This document shows positions 48,644 to 59,284 of a stretch of 64,000 nt of DNA, in pieces. The notes under the pieces were generated by a model, which was given only the letters and a program-made list of their open reading frames with translations, was not told where the DNA came from and searched no databases. This stretch comes from Trueperaceae bacterium (GTDB lineage: Bacteria; Deinococcota; Deinococci; Deinococcales; Trueperaceae). Numbering within the stretch: position 1 is the stretch's first letter; each line of letters begins with the position of its first letter. Where the stretch lies: the NCBI GenBank assembly GCA_965214405.1, contig OZ243956.1, positions 64,001 through 128,000 of the forward strand, given 5' to 3'. The position numbers and the translations under genes are program-made.

Positions 48644-50491
48644 ATGCGCACTGTTTTGTTCCTACTGGCGCTCACCCTAAGCTTCTCTTTCGGCCAAAGC
48701 GAGCCCGCAGGGGCAGGTGCCGATATCGAAGCGCGCCTCAACCTAAGCTTCGAGCACTCAGACGGCGACCAGCCCGCGGATTGGGCGAGCAGCGGCTGGC
48801 AGAACGCGCCCTACAAGGTTTACCTCACGCACCAAGAGGCTTACCAGGGCGCAAAGAGCGTCATCTTCCGCTGTGCGGCCCAGACGTGCGGTTCGGGCGC
48901 GTTTGGCGTCGTGACCAAGCGCCTTGCGGCCCAAAGCTTGGTTGGCAAGGAGCTTAGATTACGCGGCTTTCTCAAAGCCGACGCGGTTGAAGGGGGCTAC
49001 GCAGGGCTTTGGATGCGAATTGACGGCGCATTTGTTGAGGGTCGCCCGGAGCAACTAGCTTTTGACAACATGAGCGACCGCGGCGTAACGGGGACTCAAG
49101 ACTGGACCCCTTATGAAATTGTGCTCGAGGTGCCCGAGGGCGCGCAAGACGTGTTCTTCGGCGCGCTCTTCACGGGTCGGGGGAGCGCCTGGGCGGACGC
49201 GTTGGAGTTCAGCGTGGGCGACCCGGTCACGGGAACCTATACGCCCGTCGCCGAGGTGCTGAGCGCCGCCGAGCTTGCCGAAGAGAGCTTCCGGCCGCCC
49301 GCCGAGCTGCTCACCTGGCTGCGAGAGAACGCCGTGCCCCTGGAGACGGTCCACCCGACTGCCGATGCCACCGACCTGACGCCCCTAAAAGAGGTTATCG
49401 GCAACGCCCGTATCGTCGGCTTGGGCGAGGCCACCCACGGCACGAGCGAGTTCTTCACGCTCAAGCACCGCCTGGTAAGGTTTTTGGCCGAAGAGATGGG
49501 CTTCACCGTCTTCTCTATTGAAGCTAATATGCCCGAGGCCTACCGGCTCAACGACTACGTGCTGACCGGCGAAGGAGACCCCAAGGAGTTACTCAGGGGC
49601 ATATACTTCTGGACCTGGGACACCCAGGAGGTCCTGGACATGATCCTGTGGATGCGCGACTATAACGCTTCGGGTGCCGGGGTCATACAGTTCACGGGCT
49701 TTGACATGCAGACCCCAACGGTGGCGATGGACGAGGTGCGCGCCTTTGTCGAGCGCTATGACTCTGCGTACTTAAACGACCTTGACGAGGCCTACGCGGC
49801 CGTCGCGGCGGCGTACGAGACGCGGCCGGGCCGCTACGAGCACTCGCCGCGGGTGGCCGAGTGGCGGGAGGCCGCGGCGGGGGTGCTCGAGCACCTCGCG
49901 CGCGACCCACAGGCCTACCCGAACGCCACACCCGCCGAACTCGCCTGGGCGCGGCAGAACGCCCGCGTCGTCTTACAAGGTGCCGAAGACTTAGGGAGCG
50001 AGGTGACGCGCGACGAGAGCATGGCCGAGAACGTCGCGTGGATTCTGGAAGAGAACCCCGGTGCCAAGATCGTCCTCTGGGCGCACAACGCGCACGTCGG
50101 CGAGTCCAAGCGTCACCTCTCGATGGGCCGCGTTCTCGCTGAACGCTACGGGGAGGGCTATCTCTCGCTCGGCTTCACCTTCTACGAGGGCGAGTACACC
50201 GCGCGAGAGCGGGAGACGAGCGCACTGGGGACGCACACCGCCGGGTCGGCCCCCGCGGAGAGCGTCGGCGGGACCTTCCACACGCTCGGTTTGCCCCTGT
50301 TCGCGCTCGACCTGCGAACCGCTACACAAGACCCGGCGGCGGCGTGGCTCACTGAACCCCAGGACCTGCGCATGATGGGTGCGTTCGCGGTGGCTGACGA
50401 GCAGGCCTTTTCCTCACCCACCGTGCTGACCGACGACTACGACGTCGTGGTGTTCGTCGATCGGATGACGGCGACCGAGCTGTTGCCGTAA
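48644..50491 (+). CDS. Secreted erythromycin esterase-family protein with an N-terminal beta-sandwich domain
   Basis: Signal peptide; AGLWMRIDG/FDNM domain; LGEATHGTSEF, RDESMAEN, WAHNAH. Confidence 0.85.
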   Translation: MRTVLFLLALTLSFSFGQSEPAGAGADIEARLNLSFEHSDGDQPADWASSGWQNAPYKVYLTHQEAYQGAKSVIFRCAAQTCGSGAFGVVTKRLAAQSLVGKELRLRGFLKADAVEGGYAGLWMRIDGAFVEGRPEQLAFDNMSDRGVTGTQDWTPYEIVLEVPEGAQDVFFGALFTGRGSAWADALEFSVGDPVTGTYTPVAEVLSAAELAEESFRPPAELLTWLRENAVPLETVHPTADATDLTPLKEVIGNARIVGLGEATHGTSEFFTLKHRLVRFLAEEMGFTVFSIEANMPEAYRLNDYVLTGEGDPKELLRGIYFWTWDTQEVLDMILWMRDYNASGAGVIQFTGFDMQTPTVAMDEVRAFVERYDSAYLNDLDEAYAAVAAAYETRPGRYEHSPRVAEWREAAAGVLEHLARDPQAYPNATPAELAWARQNARVVLQGAEDLGSEVTRDESMAENVAWILEENPGAKIVLWAHNAHVGESKRHLSMGRVLAERYGEGYLSLGFTFYEGEYTARERETSALGTHTAGSAPAESVGGTFHTLGLPLFALDLRTATQDPAAAWLTEPQDLRMMGAFAVADEQAFSSPTVLTDDYDVVVFVDRMTATELLP

Positions 50492-50546
50492 TGGACGCGG
50501 CGCACCCGTAGATATAAGCCTGAGAGGTGCTGATTCCCGAACCTGC

Positions 50547-51833
50547 TCAAAGGCGCAAGCCGATAAGCGGCACCAGCATTTCATCCGCCGTCAGCGAACC
50601 GTGAAGCCCGCGCAGGGGGTCCGGGCCGCGCTTCCACAAGAAATGCGAACCCTTTGCCAGCAACACCACGTCACCAATGCGCCGCGCGGCGTCCGGGTGC
50701 AGCCGCGTGGAGTCGCCGTACAGACCTGCGCGTAACGCCTGTTCCGCGTCTAAAACTACAAACTCGCTGGCGAGTTCGGCCTGAACGTAGGCCAGCAGCT
50801 CGGCCTTGTGCCCCGCTCGAGCGTACAAATAAACGTGCCGCGCCTCACCACCGGGGAGTAGGGCGCTGTGCTCGAGCAGCCCCGGATAATCCTCCCAAAA
50901 GCGCCCCGCTCGGGGCGGCGTCACAACGTGACCGTGGTCCGCGGTAAGTAAGAATAAAGTATTGCGCCGCTGGGGCGCGCTCAAGCCGTCAAGAAAGCGC
51001 ACTAGCTGGAAGCCGAAGTTTGTCCACAACGCCGCCACGACGGGCGCATCCCAGCCGTCGCGGTGGCTCAGCGTATCGAAGTCGGGGTAATAGGCGTAGG
51101 CGTAAGCTTTCGTTCCCGCCGTCTCGTCCAGCCACGCGCCGAGCTTGTAAAACATATCGGTCGCGTCAATATATCCGTCAATCTCCGCGCCGCGGGGCCG
51201 CATCCGTGACAGCGGGCTGTGGCTGTAGGCCTTGGGCATCACGACGCGCATCGGGATGTTCGCCTTGGCGAGCACTTCCGCCGACGAGGGCGTGGGCAAA
51301 AAGGTTTCAGGCTTTACGCCCCACGCCTCCAGCTCGCCCTGCGCCGGGTTACCTTTGCCCGCCGGGTGCCAGAAGAGCATATTGGCGACCACGCCCAACT
51401 CGGCTAAAAGAAAGCTAAAGCCGAGCATCCCCGTTTCGGCGGGCGCGGCCCCGTCACCGAGGACGACCGTCGTCGCCACGCTCGTCGTGGGGGGCGCGAC
51501 CGTGGTGAGCGGGGTGTTGAGGACGCCGTAACGGTCCAAAACGTTTTGAAACCTCGCCTCTTCTCCTGTCCCATCACGCGCCAAGTGGGCCTGTAACTGA
51601 TTCCAGCCGAGGCCGTCAACGAGCAGCAAGACGACGCGCTCTACACCCTCTCCCAAACGGTCCAGGAGGGGGGGCTCGAGCCCCTCGCCCGCCCAGCCCT
51701 CGGTGACACCGAGGAGCCCGCCGACCGTCGCGGGCAGATTCGCCAGGGAACGTCCGCCGTAACGCGGGATAACGAAAGACTCGGGCAACAGCGCGTTCAG
51801 GAGCCTGTTTTGCGCGGGAGGAAGGTCGGACAC
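50547..51833 (-). CDS. Alkaline phosphatase superfamily / nucleotide pyrophosphatase-phosphodiesterase
   Basis: LVDGLG, PPTTS, D..SH, TADHG, HGS. Confidence 0.82.
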   Translation of the reverse strand: MSDLPPAQNRLLNALLPESFVIPRYGGRSLANLPATVGGLLGVTEGWAGEGLEPPLLDRLGEGVERVVLLLVDGLGWNQLQAHLARDGTGEEARFQNVLDRYGVLNTPLTTVAPPTTSVATTVVLGDGAAPAETGMLGFSFLLAELGVVANMLFWHPAGKGNPAQGELEAWGVKPETFLPTPSSAEVLAKANIPMRVVMPKAYSHSPLSRMRPRGAEIDGYIDATDMFYKLGAWLDETAGTKAYAYAYYPDFDTLSHRDGWDAPVVAALWTNFGFQLVRFLDGLSAPQRRNTLFLLTADHGHVVTPPRAGRFWEDYPGLLEHSALLPGGEARHVYLYARAGHKAELLAYVQAELASEFVVLDAEQALRAGLYGDSTRLHPDAARRIGDVVLLAKGSHFLWKRGPDPLRGLHGSLTADEMLVPLIGLRL

Positions 51834-52005
51834 AGCGCAGTATAGCGTCCGGCTGTAAGAAGCGGCTAAGCAACGGGAGCACCCACAGGATCGTTGCTCC
51901 TTTTGTTTACCTTGTGCGCTTGAGGCTTACACCATCATACGCGCATGGCCCAAAACAAACTTCACCCGGTTCGGGTATAATGGGCGGGAACAAAAAGGAG
52001 CCCTC

Positions 52006-52566
52006 ATGTACCGGATTAGCCGCCTCGGACCCGTTCTCGCCCTCCTCTTAGGCGCGCTCCTCGGCGGGTGCAGTTCACCCCCCAACGAGGTCCGCGACAC
52101 GTCTTCTCCCGTGATAACGGATAAAACGCTCTACATTGCCAGGCCCGCGGTCGCAGACTGCACCGAGCCGGGCTGCTCTTACACGTTCACGGTCAAAGCG
52201 AGTTATACGAACCACACCGACCGTCCTCTGTACCTTGCCCGGTGTTACCCGGATAGCCCGACACCCATCTACGGCGTTCGGCTGATCGCCCCCAGAGGCG
52301 AAGGGGAGTCCGCGTACAACCCAATCTGGGCCTGCGTGGGGCATGACGAGGCCATAGAGGTGCTTCCCGGAGAAACGCGAAAGGATACGCTCACCATTTG
52401 GGGACTCAATGCTTTTGACGGTGAGACGGGCGAGCCCTATGGGGAGCTCGAGGGCGACTTTCAGCTCAACTACCAGGTGCAAATCTGCCCCGAAGAGGAT
52501 GTAACGTGCGGGCTCGTGTACGCGGCAGGAAGCTCTAACACCTTTGAGGTGCGGCTGGCGCGGTGA
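52006..52566 (+). CDS. Cys-containing lipoprotein of unknown function
   Basis: AAGGAG SD; lipobox LGGC. Confidence 0.7.
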   Translation: MYRISRLGPVLALLLGALLGGCSSPPNEVRDTSSPVITDKTLYIARPAVADCTEPGCSYTFTVKASYTNHTDRPLYLARCYPDSPTPIYGVRLIAPRGEGESAYNPIWACVGHDEAIEVLPGETRKDTLTIWGLNAFDGETGEPYGELEGDFQLNYQVQICPEEDVTCGLVYAAGSSNTFEVRLAR

Positions 52567-52583
52567 GGGAGGCTCGAGCCACT

Positions 52584-53561
52584 TCATCGCATCTTCAAGA
52601 TGATTTTCCCAATATTCTTGTTTTCCTGCATGTGCGCGTGCGCCGCCTCGACTTCATGAACGGGAAACGTCTTGTCAATCACGGGCTCTATTCGGCGGGC
52701 CTCGAGCGCCTCCCAAAACCTCCCCATAAACGCCTCTTTGAGGCGCACTTTCTCCTCTAGCGGGCGCGCGCGCAGCGTCGAGCCCTTGAGCGTGAGGCGC
52801 TTGCCCATCATCTGGCGGATGTCGATGCCCGCCTCTTTGCCGCTCAGGGTGGCGATAAAAACGAGCCGCCCGTTGAGCTTTAAGAGGTTTAGGTTACGCG
52901 CTAAATAGTCCGCGCCGACCATGTCGAGAATCACGTCCACGCCGCCCCCGTCGGTAAAGTCTTTGATGCGTTCGGCAAAATCTTCTTTGCGGTAGTTGAC
53001 AGCCAAGTCGGCACCGAGGTCTAAACAGCGCGCGGTCTTCTCGTCCGTTCCGGCGGTCACGAACACGCGGCAGCCCGCCTCGTGCGCGAGTTGAACCGCC
53101 GCCGTGCCGACGCCGCTCGCGCCGCCGTGGATGAGGACGCTTTCGCCCTCCCCCAAGTCGCCCTCGAGAAAAAGGTTCAAAAATGCTGTGAAGAAAACTT
53201 CGGGCATCCCGGCGGCCTCTTCCAGGCTCCAGCCCGCCGGAATCGGCATGAGCATCGCGGCGGGTACCACCACCTTTTCGGCGTAGCCGCCGCCGGTGAG
53301 GAGGGCGCAGGCACTGTCGCCCACCCCCCACCCGCTCACGTTCGCGCCGAGTTCTTTGATGGTACCCGCGGCCTCGAGCCCCAAAATGTCAGACGCCCCC
53401 GGCGGCGGCGGGTAGTGGCCCGCGCGCTGCGCCAAGTCGGCGCGGTTGAGAGCGGTTGCGGCGACTTCGAGCAAAACCTCGCCCTCACCCGGCAACGGGG
53501 TGGGTACATCCTGCCAATTCAGCGGATGACCTTCGCCCGTTCCGACAACAACCGCTTTCAC
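52584..53561 (-). CDS. NAD(P)H-quinone oxidoreductase, PIG3 family
   Basis: NRADLAQRAG.YPPP, GLE, HGGASGVG, GSTLR, GKIIL. Confidence 0.9.
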   Translation of the reverse strand: MKAVVVGTGEGHPLNWQDVPTPLPGEGEVLLEVAATALNRADLAQRAGHYPPPPGASDILGLEAAGTIKELGANVSGWGVGDSACALLTGGGYAEKVVVPAAMLMPIPAGWSLEEAAGMPEVFFTAFLNLFLEGDLGEGESVLIHGGASGVGTAAVQLAHEAGCRVFVTAGTDEKTARCLDLGADLAVNYRKEDFAERIKDFTDGGGVDVILDMVGADYLARNLNLLKLNGRLVFIATLSGKEAGIDIRQMMGKRLTLKGSTLRARPLEEKVRLKEAFMGRFWEALEARRIEPVIDKTFPVHEVEAAHAHMQENKNIGKIILKMR

Positions 53562-53761
53562 GCTTTAGACGCCCGTAGACGCTCGATACGTTCTTTGAGC
53601 GCGTCCCACTCGAGCACGACCTCGCCCGCATCGTCCTCAATAAACATCGGCTGCTCGACCACGCCCGCCTGCGCCTCGGCAGCCTGGACCGCTTCATCCA
53701 AACTCGCGTAGGATTCGTTAACCAGGTGATAGCTGCGCTGGATTTTGAGCTTATAAGCCAC
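53558..53761 (-). CDS. Small hypothetical protein
   Basis: TAGCGT-N5-GTG leaderless start; overlaps the next start. Confidence 0.55.
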   Translation of the reverse strand: MAYKLKIQRSYHLVNESYASLDEAVQAAEAQAGVVEQPMFIEDDAGEVVLEWDALKERIERLRASKA

Positions 53762-53794
53762 GCCTCACGCTACCCTTCTCCTGCTAAGCCCGAC

Positions 53795-54145
53795 TTAATT
53801 TTGAACCCACTGCCGCGCCTCGGCCATCTCGGGGGTGTCGAAAAACTTCACCTCGGCGCGCGTGAGGCTGCCGCTGAGCTTAGTGGCCCACTTTTGCCAC
53901 GCTTCGTCCCCGACGACGGCCACGCGTTCAAAGTCGTTTAAGTGTTCCGTGTCAAAGCGCAAGTCGCGCCAGACCGCGCCGGGATCGACGCCCTCCATGC
54001 GTTCGGTCACGAGGAGCAGCCTCAAGGGGCCGAAGGTGTTTATTTGTTCCTCGAGTTCCGGCACCATCTCCTGATAATCCTCGCGCTTCACCTCGCCGCC
54101 CAATGTGATGGTGACGAGTTTGCCCTCTGTGTTGATGCGGTGCAT
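53795..54145 (-). CDS. SpoIIAA-like (STAS/SEC14) protein
   Basis: AVWRDLRF, FERVAVVGD..W, EVKFF....A.QW. Confidence 0.85.
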   Translation of the reverse strand: MHRINTEGKLVTITLGGEVKREDYQEMVPELEEQINTFGPLRLLLVTERMEGVDPGAVWRDLRFDTEHLNDFERVAVVGDEAWQKWATKLSGSLTRAEVKFFDTPEMAEARQWVQN

Positions 54146-54238
54146 AAAAGCCTCCCTGGCTAAGAAGATAATCTTCCCTTGCGCTTCAGTTTGTGGGCTA
54201 GTCCAAAAGAAACCTTGTGGGACTCCAACTCGAAAAAC

Positions 54239-55888
54239 TCACAGCCCCGCCGCTCTGAAAGCCTCCGACACGAGCGCCTGCGCCTCCTCCTGGATTTGCG
54301 CCAGGTGCGCGTCTCCCTTGAAACTCTCCGCATAGATTTTATAAATATCCTCGGTGCCCGAGGGCCGCGCCGCGAACCAGCCGTTTTCGGTCACCACCTT
54401 GAGGCCGCCGATGGGCGCGTCGTTGCCGGGGGCGCGGGTGAGCGTTTGTAAGATAGGCTCGCCCGCGAGTTCGGTGGCCGTGACCGCGTCGGGCGTGAGG
54501 GTTTTGAGCGCGGCTTTTTGCGCGGCGTCGGCGGCCGCGTCGAGGCGCGCGTAGACGGGGGAGCCGAAGCGCTGCTCGAGCCCCGCATACTCCTCGCTGG
54601 GGTCGCGTCCTGTCTTGGCCGTCATCTCCGCCGCCAACAAATCCATGATGATGCCGTCTTTGTCGGTCGTCCACACCGTCCCGTCGCGCCGCAAAAAAGA
54701 CGCCCCCGCGCTCTCCTCGCCGCCGAAGCCGTAAGAGCCGTCCAAGAGCCCGTCCACAAACCACTTGAAGCCCACGGGCACCTCCGCCAGGGGCCGCCCC
54801 AAGTCTTTGGCAACGCGGTCAATCATCGAGCTCGAGACGAGCGTCTTCCCCACCGCCGCGTCCTCGAGCCAACCCAGACGGTTCTGGAAAAGGTAATGAA
54901 TTGCCACCGCGAGGTAGTGGTTGGGGTTCATAAGCCCCGCGCCCTTGGTGACGACGCCGTGCCGGTCGTAGTCGGGGTCGTTGCCGAAAGCGATATCAAA
55001 ACGGTCCTTGAGACCTATCAAACTCGCCATCGCCGCGGGCGAAGAGCAGTCCATGCGGATTTTGCCGTCTTTGTCGACGGTCATAAACGAAAAAGTCGGG
55101 TCGACGTTGGGGTTGACGACCTCTAAGTTGAGCCCGTAGCGCTCCGCGATGGGCTCCCAATACGCGACGCCCGCGCCGCCCATCGGGTCCACGCCGATTT
55201 TTAATCCCGCCCCCGCGACGGCGTCCATGTCCACGACGTTTTGCAAATCTTCCACATAAGGCGTCACAAAATCGTACAGGTGCGTCGTGTCGGCCTGAAG
55301 CGCGCGCTCGAAGGGGAGGCGTTTTACCCCCTTCAGACCCTCTTTCAGGATCTCGTTCGCGCGGTTCTGAATCCAGGTCGTCGTGGCCGTGTCCGCGGGG
55401 CCGCCGTTGGGCGGGTTGTACTTGAAACCGCCGTCTTCGGGCGGGTTATGCGATGGGGTGATGACCACGCCGTCGGCGAGGCCGTCCGTGCGCCCCCGGT
55501 TGTAGGTCAAAATCGCGTGCGACACCACGGGCGTCGGCGTGTAACCCAGACCCTCTTGCAGCATCACGGTGAGGCCGTTCGCGGCGAACACTTCGGCGGC
55601 GGTGGCGCGCGCCGCTTCGGAGAGCGCGTGCGTGTCCATACCGACAAAAAGCGGCCCCGTAATTCCTTCAGAGGTGCGGTATTCGCAGAGCGCGGCGCAC
55701 ACGGCTAAGATGTGGTCCTCATTAAAGGAGCGCTCTAAAGACGAGCCGCGGTGCCCGGAGGTGCCAAAGGACACGCGCTCTCCCTCGTTGTCGGGGTCGG
55801 GCTTAAAGGTGTAGTAGGCCGAGACGAGCCTCGGAACGTTGATGAGCAAATTTTGCGGTGCGGGTTTTCCCGCCAAGGGTGAAGTCAT
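54239..55888 (-). CDS. pgm: Phosphoglucomutase (alpha-D-glucose-1,6-bisphosphate dependent)
   Basis: [32 protein letters not shown]. Confidence 0.95.
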   Translation of the reverse strand: MTSPLAGKPAPQNLLINVPRLVSAYYTFKPDPDNEGERVSFGTSGHRGSSLERSFNEDHILAVCAALCEYRTSEGITGPLFVGMDTHALSEAARATAAEVFAANGLTVMLQEGLGYTPTPVVSHAILTYNRGRTDGLADGVVITPSHNPPEDGGFKYNPPNGGPADTATTTWIQNRANEILKEGLKGVKRLPFERALQADTTHLYDFVTPYVEDLQNVVDMDAVAGAGLKIGVDPMGGAGVAYWEPIAERYGLNLEVVNPNVDPTFSFMTVDKDGKIRMDCSSPAAMASLIGLKDRFDIAFGNDPDYDRHGVVTKGAGLMNPNHYLAVAIHYLFQNRLGWLEDAAVGKTLVSSSMIDRVAKDLGRPLAEVPVGFKWFVDGLLDGSYGFGGEESAGASFLRRDGTVWTTDKDGIIMDLLAAEMTAKTGRDPSEEYAGLEQRFGSPVYARLDAAADAAQKAALKTLTPDAVTATELAGEPILQTLTRAPGNDAPIGGLKVVTENGWFAARPSGTEDIYKIYAESFKGDAHLAQIQEEAQALVSEAFRAAGL

Positions 55889-55912
55889 GGGTGCCTCCCG
55901 TGTAGCGTGGCG

Positions 55913-57724
55913 TTACGATACCACCCGCTCAGGGAAGGAGGACCCGAGCGCCGCGCAAAGCTCGCTCAGGGTGGAGGCGGAGAGGACGGTTTCTCTTGTG
56001 GAGGCGGGGAGGCTCGAGAAGGCCTCAACAAGCACCGCCCGCTCCTCTTGTGAGAGGGGTTCGTCTAAATGAAGCTCGAGCCCATAAAACCGCGCACTCG
56101 CCTCCTGAATAGCGCCCGCCAACACGAGCCGTTGCGCGGGAATAAAAAGAGGATGTTCAGGCGGCACGTCCACCGCCCAGGCCAGAGGCGCGCCGCCCTG
56201 TAAAAGCGCGTGCTGAAGCTCACCCGTCAAAGCCTTGCTCGCCCACACCTCGAGCGGCAGGCAGTCTTTTTGCAAACAGTACGCCGCGAGCGCCCCCGCC
56301 GCCTCACCTATCGCCCACTCGACCGGGTGAAGGCGCGTGGCCCCGTTACTTAAGTGCGTCGTGCCGATGTTTTTACACGCCGCTATCAGATTTGTGGTGC
56401 GCTCGGGGATGAGTGCGCCCAAAGGAATCTGAAAGGGCAGCGTCGGCGCGTACATGGTGACCGATGCGTTGCCGACGCTCGGGTGGAGGTCGAGCGGATA
56501 CCAGCCGATGGCAACCGCGTTCGGGAAGCATTTAGCCCTTGCGCCGCGTTCATTTTCATCTAAAGAACCGGCGAGGAGGTCGAGGTCGAGCACCCGCTCC
56601 AATCCTTTAATGCGCCGCGACTCGCGGATGTAAGGCGCTTTGGCGAGGCCGCCCTCAGTGCCCATCACGTCGGGGCGGAGCATGAGCTCGGGATAGCCGT
56701 AGCCGCCTTCATCGCGCGGGGCCTCGGTCTGGAGCCAGTAGAGTAGGCCCAGCGAGAGCCTTTTGGCTTCGTCCGAGATACGCGCCCGCTCTGAAAGGGA
56801 CTTGTCAAGAAAATTTGCAAAGCGGTAGTCATTGCCCGCCCAGTTGATGAGCGCGATGTCGTTGGGCTGAGCAGGGTCTTTTAATAGTCCCGCGTCGAAG
56901 ATGCGGCGGTAGGTCCAGAAGGGCAACTCACCGTCGGGACCGTGCGCGAACATCCGAAACCGTTTTTCGATAGGCGTGCCTTCGTGTAGGTGCAGCGCGT
57001 AAGGCTGGGTATCCCGAAACGCTTCGTATCCCTCCGGCTTGGGAATGGTGTGGTCCTCGCCGGGACGGTATTCGACGGCAAAAGGAAACGTGAAACTTTG
57101 CACCTCGTCGGGCTTGGGACCGCCCTTTGACGCGTGCGGCTCACCCGTATCCTCCTGCGCCTCCGCCCCGGTCACGTAAGGAGTGCCGGTGAGGGGCAAA
57201 AGCTCGCCGGTATTGGTGGCGTCGAGGAAAAAGGGCGCGGTCAGCCTCACCCTCTCCCCTGCCGGGTTCTCCAAAATCACCGCCGTCACCTCGTCACCCG
57301 CCATCTCTGCGGCGACGGGGGTGTGCTCGAGCAGCACCCGCAACGCCCCGGACTGTACGGAGGGCTCGAGCATCTCTTCTAACACCCTCACCCCCACCCG
57401 CGGCTCGAAACAGAGGCGGCTCACCCAGCCGTTGCCGGGGTTGAGGGGCGCGCCAGTGGGCATCGTTGCGGGTGCGCCGTAGCGCTCGCGGTAGTAGGCG
57501 CGAATCCGCTCGCGCATTTCGTTATAGCGGCGCGTGCCGCCAAAGGTCTCGATGTAGGCGTGCTCGTCCAAAGCAGAAACGCCCTGACTCGTCCCCTGCC
57601 CGCCGAGCCAGTCCGTCGCCTCGGTTAAAACCACCCGCCGCCCCGCCGAGAGCGCCGCCAAGGCTGCCGCCACCCCGCCCAACGACCCGCCGACGACGGC
57701 GACGTCGCACTCGAGCGTCCTCAC
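55913..57724 (-). CDS. FAD-dependent oxidoreductase
   Basis: DVAVVGGSLGG, LGGQGTSQG, PYIRESRRI, TRLHP.EW..GEAAG. Confidence 0.85.
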   Translation of the reverse strand: MRTLECDVAVVGGSLGGVAAALAALSAGRRVVLTEATDWLGGQGTSQGVSALDEHAYIETFGGTRRYNEMRERIRAYYRERYGAPATMPTGAPLNPGNGWVSRLCFEPRVGVRVLEEMLEPSVQSGALRVLLEHTPVAAEMAGDEVTAVILENPAGERVRLTAPFFLDATNTGELLPLTGTPYVTGAEAQEDTGEPHASKGGPKPDEVQSFTFPFAVEYRPGEDHTIPKPEGYEAFRDTQPYALHLHEGTPIEKRFRMFAHGPDGELPFWTYRRIFDAGLLKDPAQPNDIALINWAGNDYRFANFLDKSLSERARISDEAKRLSLGLLYWLQTEAPRDEGGYGYPELMLRPDVMGTEGGLAKAPYIRESRRIKGLERVLDLDLLAGSLDENERGARAKCFPNAVAIGWYPLDLHPSVGNASVTMYAPTLPFQIPLGALIPERTTNLIAACKNIGTTHLSNGATRLHPVEWAIGEAAGALAAYCLQKDCLPLEVWASKALTGELQHALLQGGAPLAWAVDVPPEHPLFIPAQRLVLAGAIQEASARFYGLELHLDEPLSQEERAVLVEAFSSLPASTRETVLSASTLSELCAALGSSFPERVVS

Positions 57725-57773
57725 CCTCGCCTCAAGCGCCGACTGCGGTCTAAGTACCGGGGTGTAAAGAGCA

Positions 57774-59279
57774 TTAACCTTCTCCTTCGTGAACGTGAAA
57801 GGGAAACACGCCGGTAAAGAGGCGCGGCCAGGCTAGATAGGGCGCGTCCCAGGTGAGGTTAAGACCTGTGTCCGCAAAGTGCTTGTCCCAAAGCTCGAGC
57901 GCCAAGGGTTTAATAAAAAGCCCCATCAGCCGCTCCGCCTTCTCCCGCTGCGGCCCTAAATCAAAGGGGCTGGGATTCGAAAGTTGCTTCCTCACGCTCT
58001 CGCGGACCCTGGCCTGATAAAGGTAGTCGTCAACGAAACGGTTGAAGAGCACCTCAACCCAGGCGGCGCGGTCCACCACGCGGCGCGACACGACGCCCAG
58101 CGCAATCGCGCCTCCCAAGGTATTGCCCGCCGTGTTCCAGGCGCTAAAGCCCGCGAGATTAGAGAGATTTGTCCGGCTATCCAAAAGTTTCACCAGCCTC
58201 TCCTCCGCGCCGTTGGCGTAGGCGATATCAGCGACGCTCACGGCTTTATCTTCATCTAAGCAGCGCGCGATGAAGTCCACGAACTCAGGCAGATGACGCG
58301 CGGCGGTGTCCACCGTGGCGTGGTCGGGCTGGCGGCCCGCCTGTTTTGACGCGGGTGTGTTGACGGCCAGCACAACATCGGCCTCTGAGAGCGCGTCCAC
58401 CCGCGTACAGCCTGCCGCGCGTAGATGCGCTTTTACAAGTTCTCCCGCGGGCCGGTCTTCATACAAGAGTTCGGCGGTTTCGCCCGAGAGGCTCGAGCAC
58501 CGCACATACACCCCTGTCGGTTCCTCTTGAAGAGCCCTCGCCAGCAGCGTCACGGGCACCTCGTCGGCACCGGGGTAGATGTCTACGTGAGGCCAAATAC
58601 CCAGCACGTCGGTGCGCGCCTCCAGGGCGCGGCGGTCGTGAGCGGCCAAGCCGTAGAGGCTGGTGTCGTCTAAAGTCAAACAGAGGTGGTCGATGACGCC
58701 CTCATGAACGAGTTCCAAGGCTTGTAAATGCATCTGGTGGTTGCGCTTGCGGGTCTTCAGCCAGTCCTCGAGCACCCCCTCCGGAGGCCCCGCCACCGCG
58801 CGCGCCAAGCGCCGCTCGTCGTCCGCCGTCCCGTAAAGCGTATAGCGGTCGAAAGCCTCGCTGTAAAACCGCAAGGCCGCGCCGTGCTCGCCGTAGTAGG
58901 GTTTTTCCTCCAGCGGGTCGTCGTCGTGCGCCACCCGCACAATCACGCCCCCGGCGAGGATGGTGAGCTTGGGGTTACGCTGTCTCAGCTCCCTTAGAAG
59001 CTCGAGCCGCTCCATCACACTCTCCAAAGCGTCGTCCACGCGCCGCGCCGGAATCATCCCGCCCAAGCAGAGGGTTTCTAAAGAGAGGATGAGGGTGTCG
59101 GCGGAACCCGCATTCTCTCTTAACCAGTCGGCTAGAACTTCGTGTTTGCCGGGTTGATTGAGTACCGGGAGCGCGTCTTCGGGCGGGGTCAGGGGCGTTA
59201 GACCTGCGGCCTTAGCCAGCGTGACCGGAAAGTCAAGCGTCGGCGGGCGGACGTCGGGGGGGACGAGGAGGAGCGTCAC
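57774..59279 (-). CDS. DUF4127 family protein
   Basis: P.D.RP, GGMIPAR, LDD, YPGADE, ADIAYANG, AWNTAGN, DDYLYQ. Confidence 0.8.
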   Translation of the reverse strand: MTLLLVPPDVRPPTLDFPVTLAKAAGLTPLTPPEDALPVLNQPGKHEVLADWLRENAGSADTLILSLETLCLGGMIPARRVDDALESVMERLELLRELRQRNPKLTILAGGVIVRVAHDDDPLEEKPYYGEHGAALRFYSEAFDRYTLYGTADDERRLARAVAGPPEGVLEDWLKTRKRNHQMHLQALELVHEGVIDHLCLTLDDTSLYGLAAHDRRALEARTDVLGIWPHVDIYPGADEVPVTLLARALQEEPTGVYVRCSSLSGETAELLYEDRPAGELVKAHLRAAGCTRVDALSEADVVLAVNTPASKQAGRQPDHATVDTAARHLPEFVDFIARCLDEDKAVSVADIAYANGAEERLVKLLDSRTNLSNLAGFSAWNTAGNTLGGAIALGVVSRRVVDRAAWVEVLFNRFVDDYLYQARVRESVRKQLSNPSPFDLGPQREKAERLMGLFIKPLALELWDKHFADTGLNLTWDAPYLAWPRLFTGVFPFHVHEGEG

Positions 59280-59284
59280 CTTTT

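Noticed and set aside
48644..50491. Macrolide resistance gene
   Set aside because: Family membership only; a secreted two-domain form in a chromosomal context does not show Ere activity.
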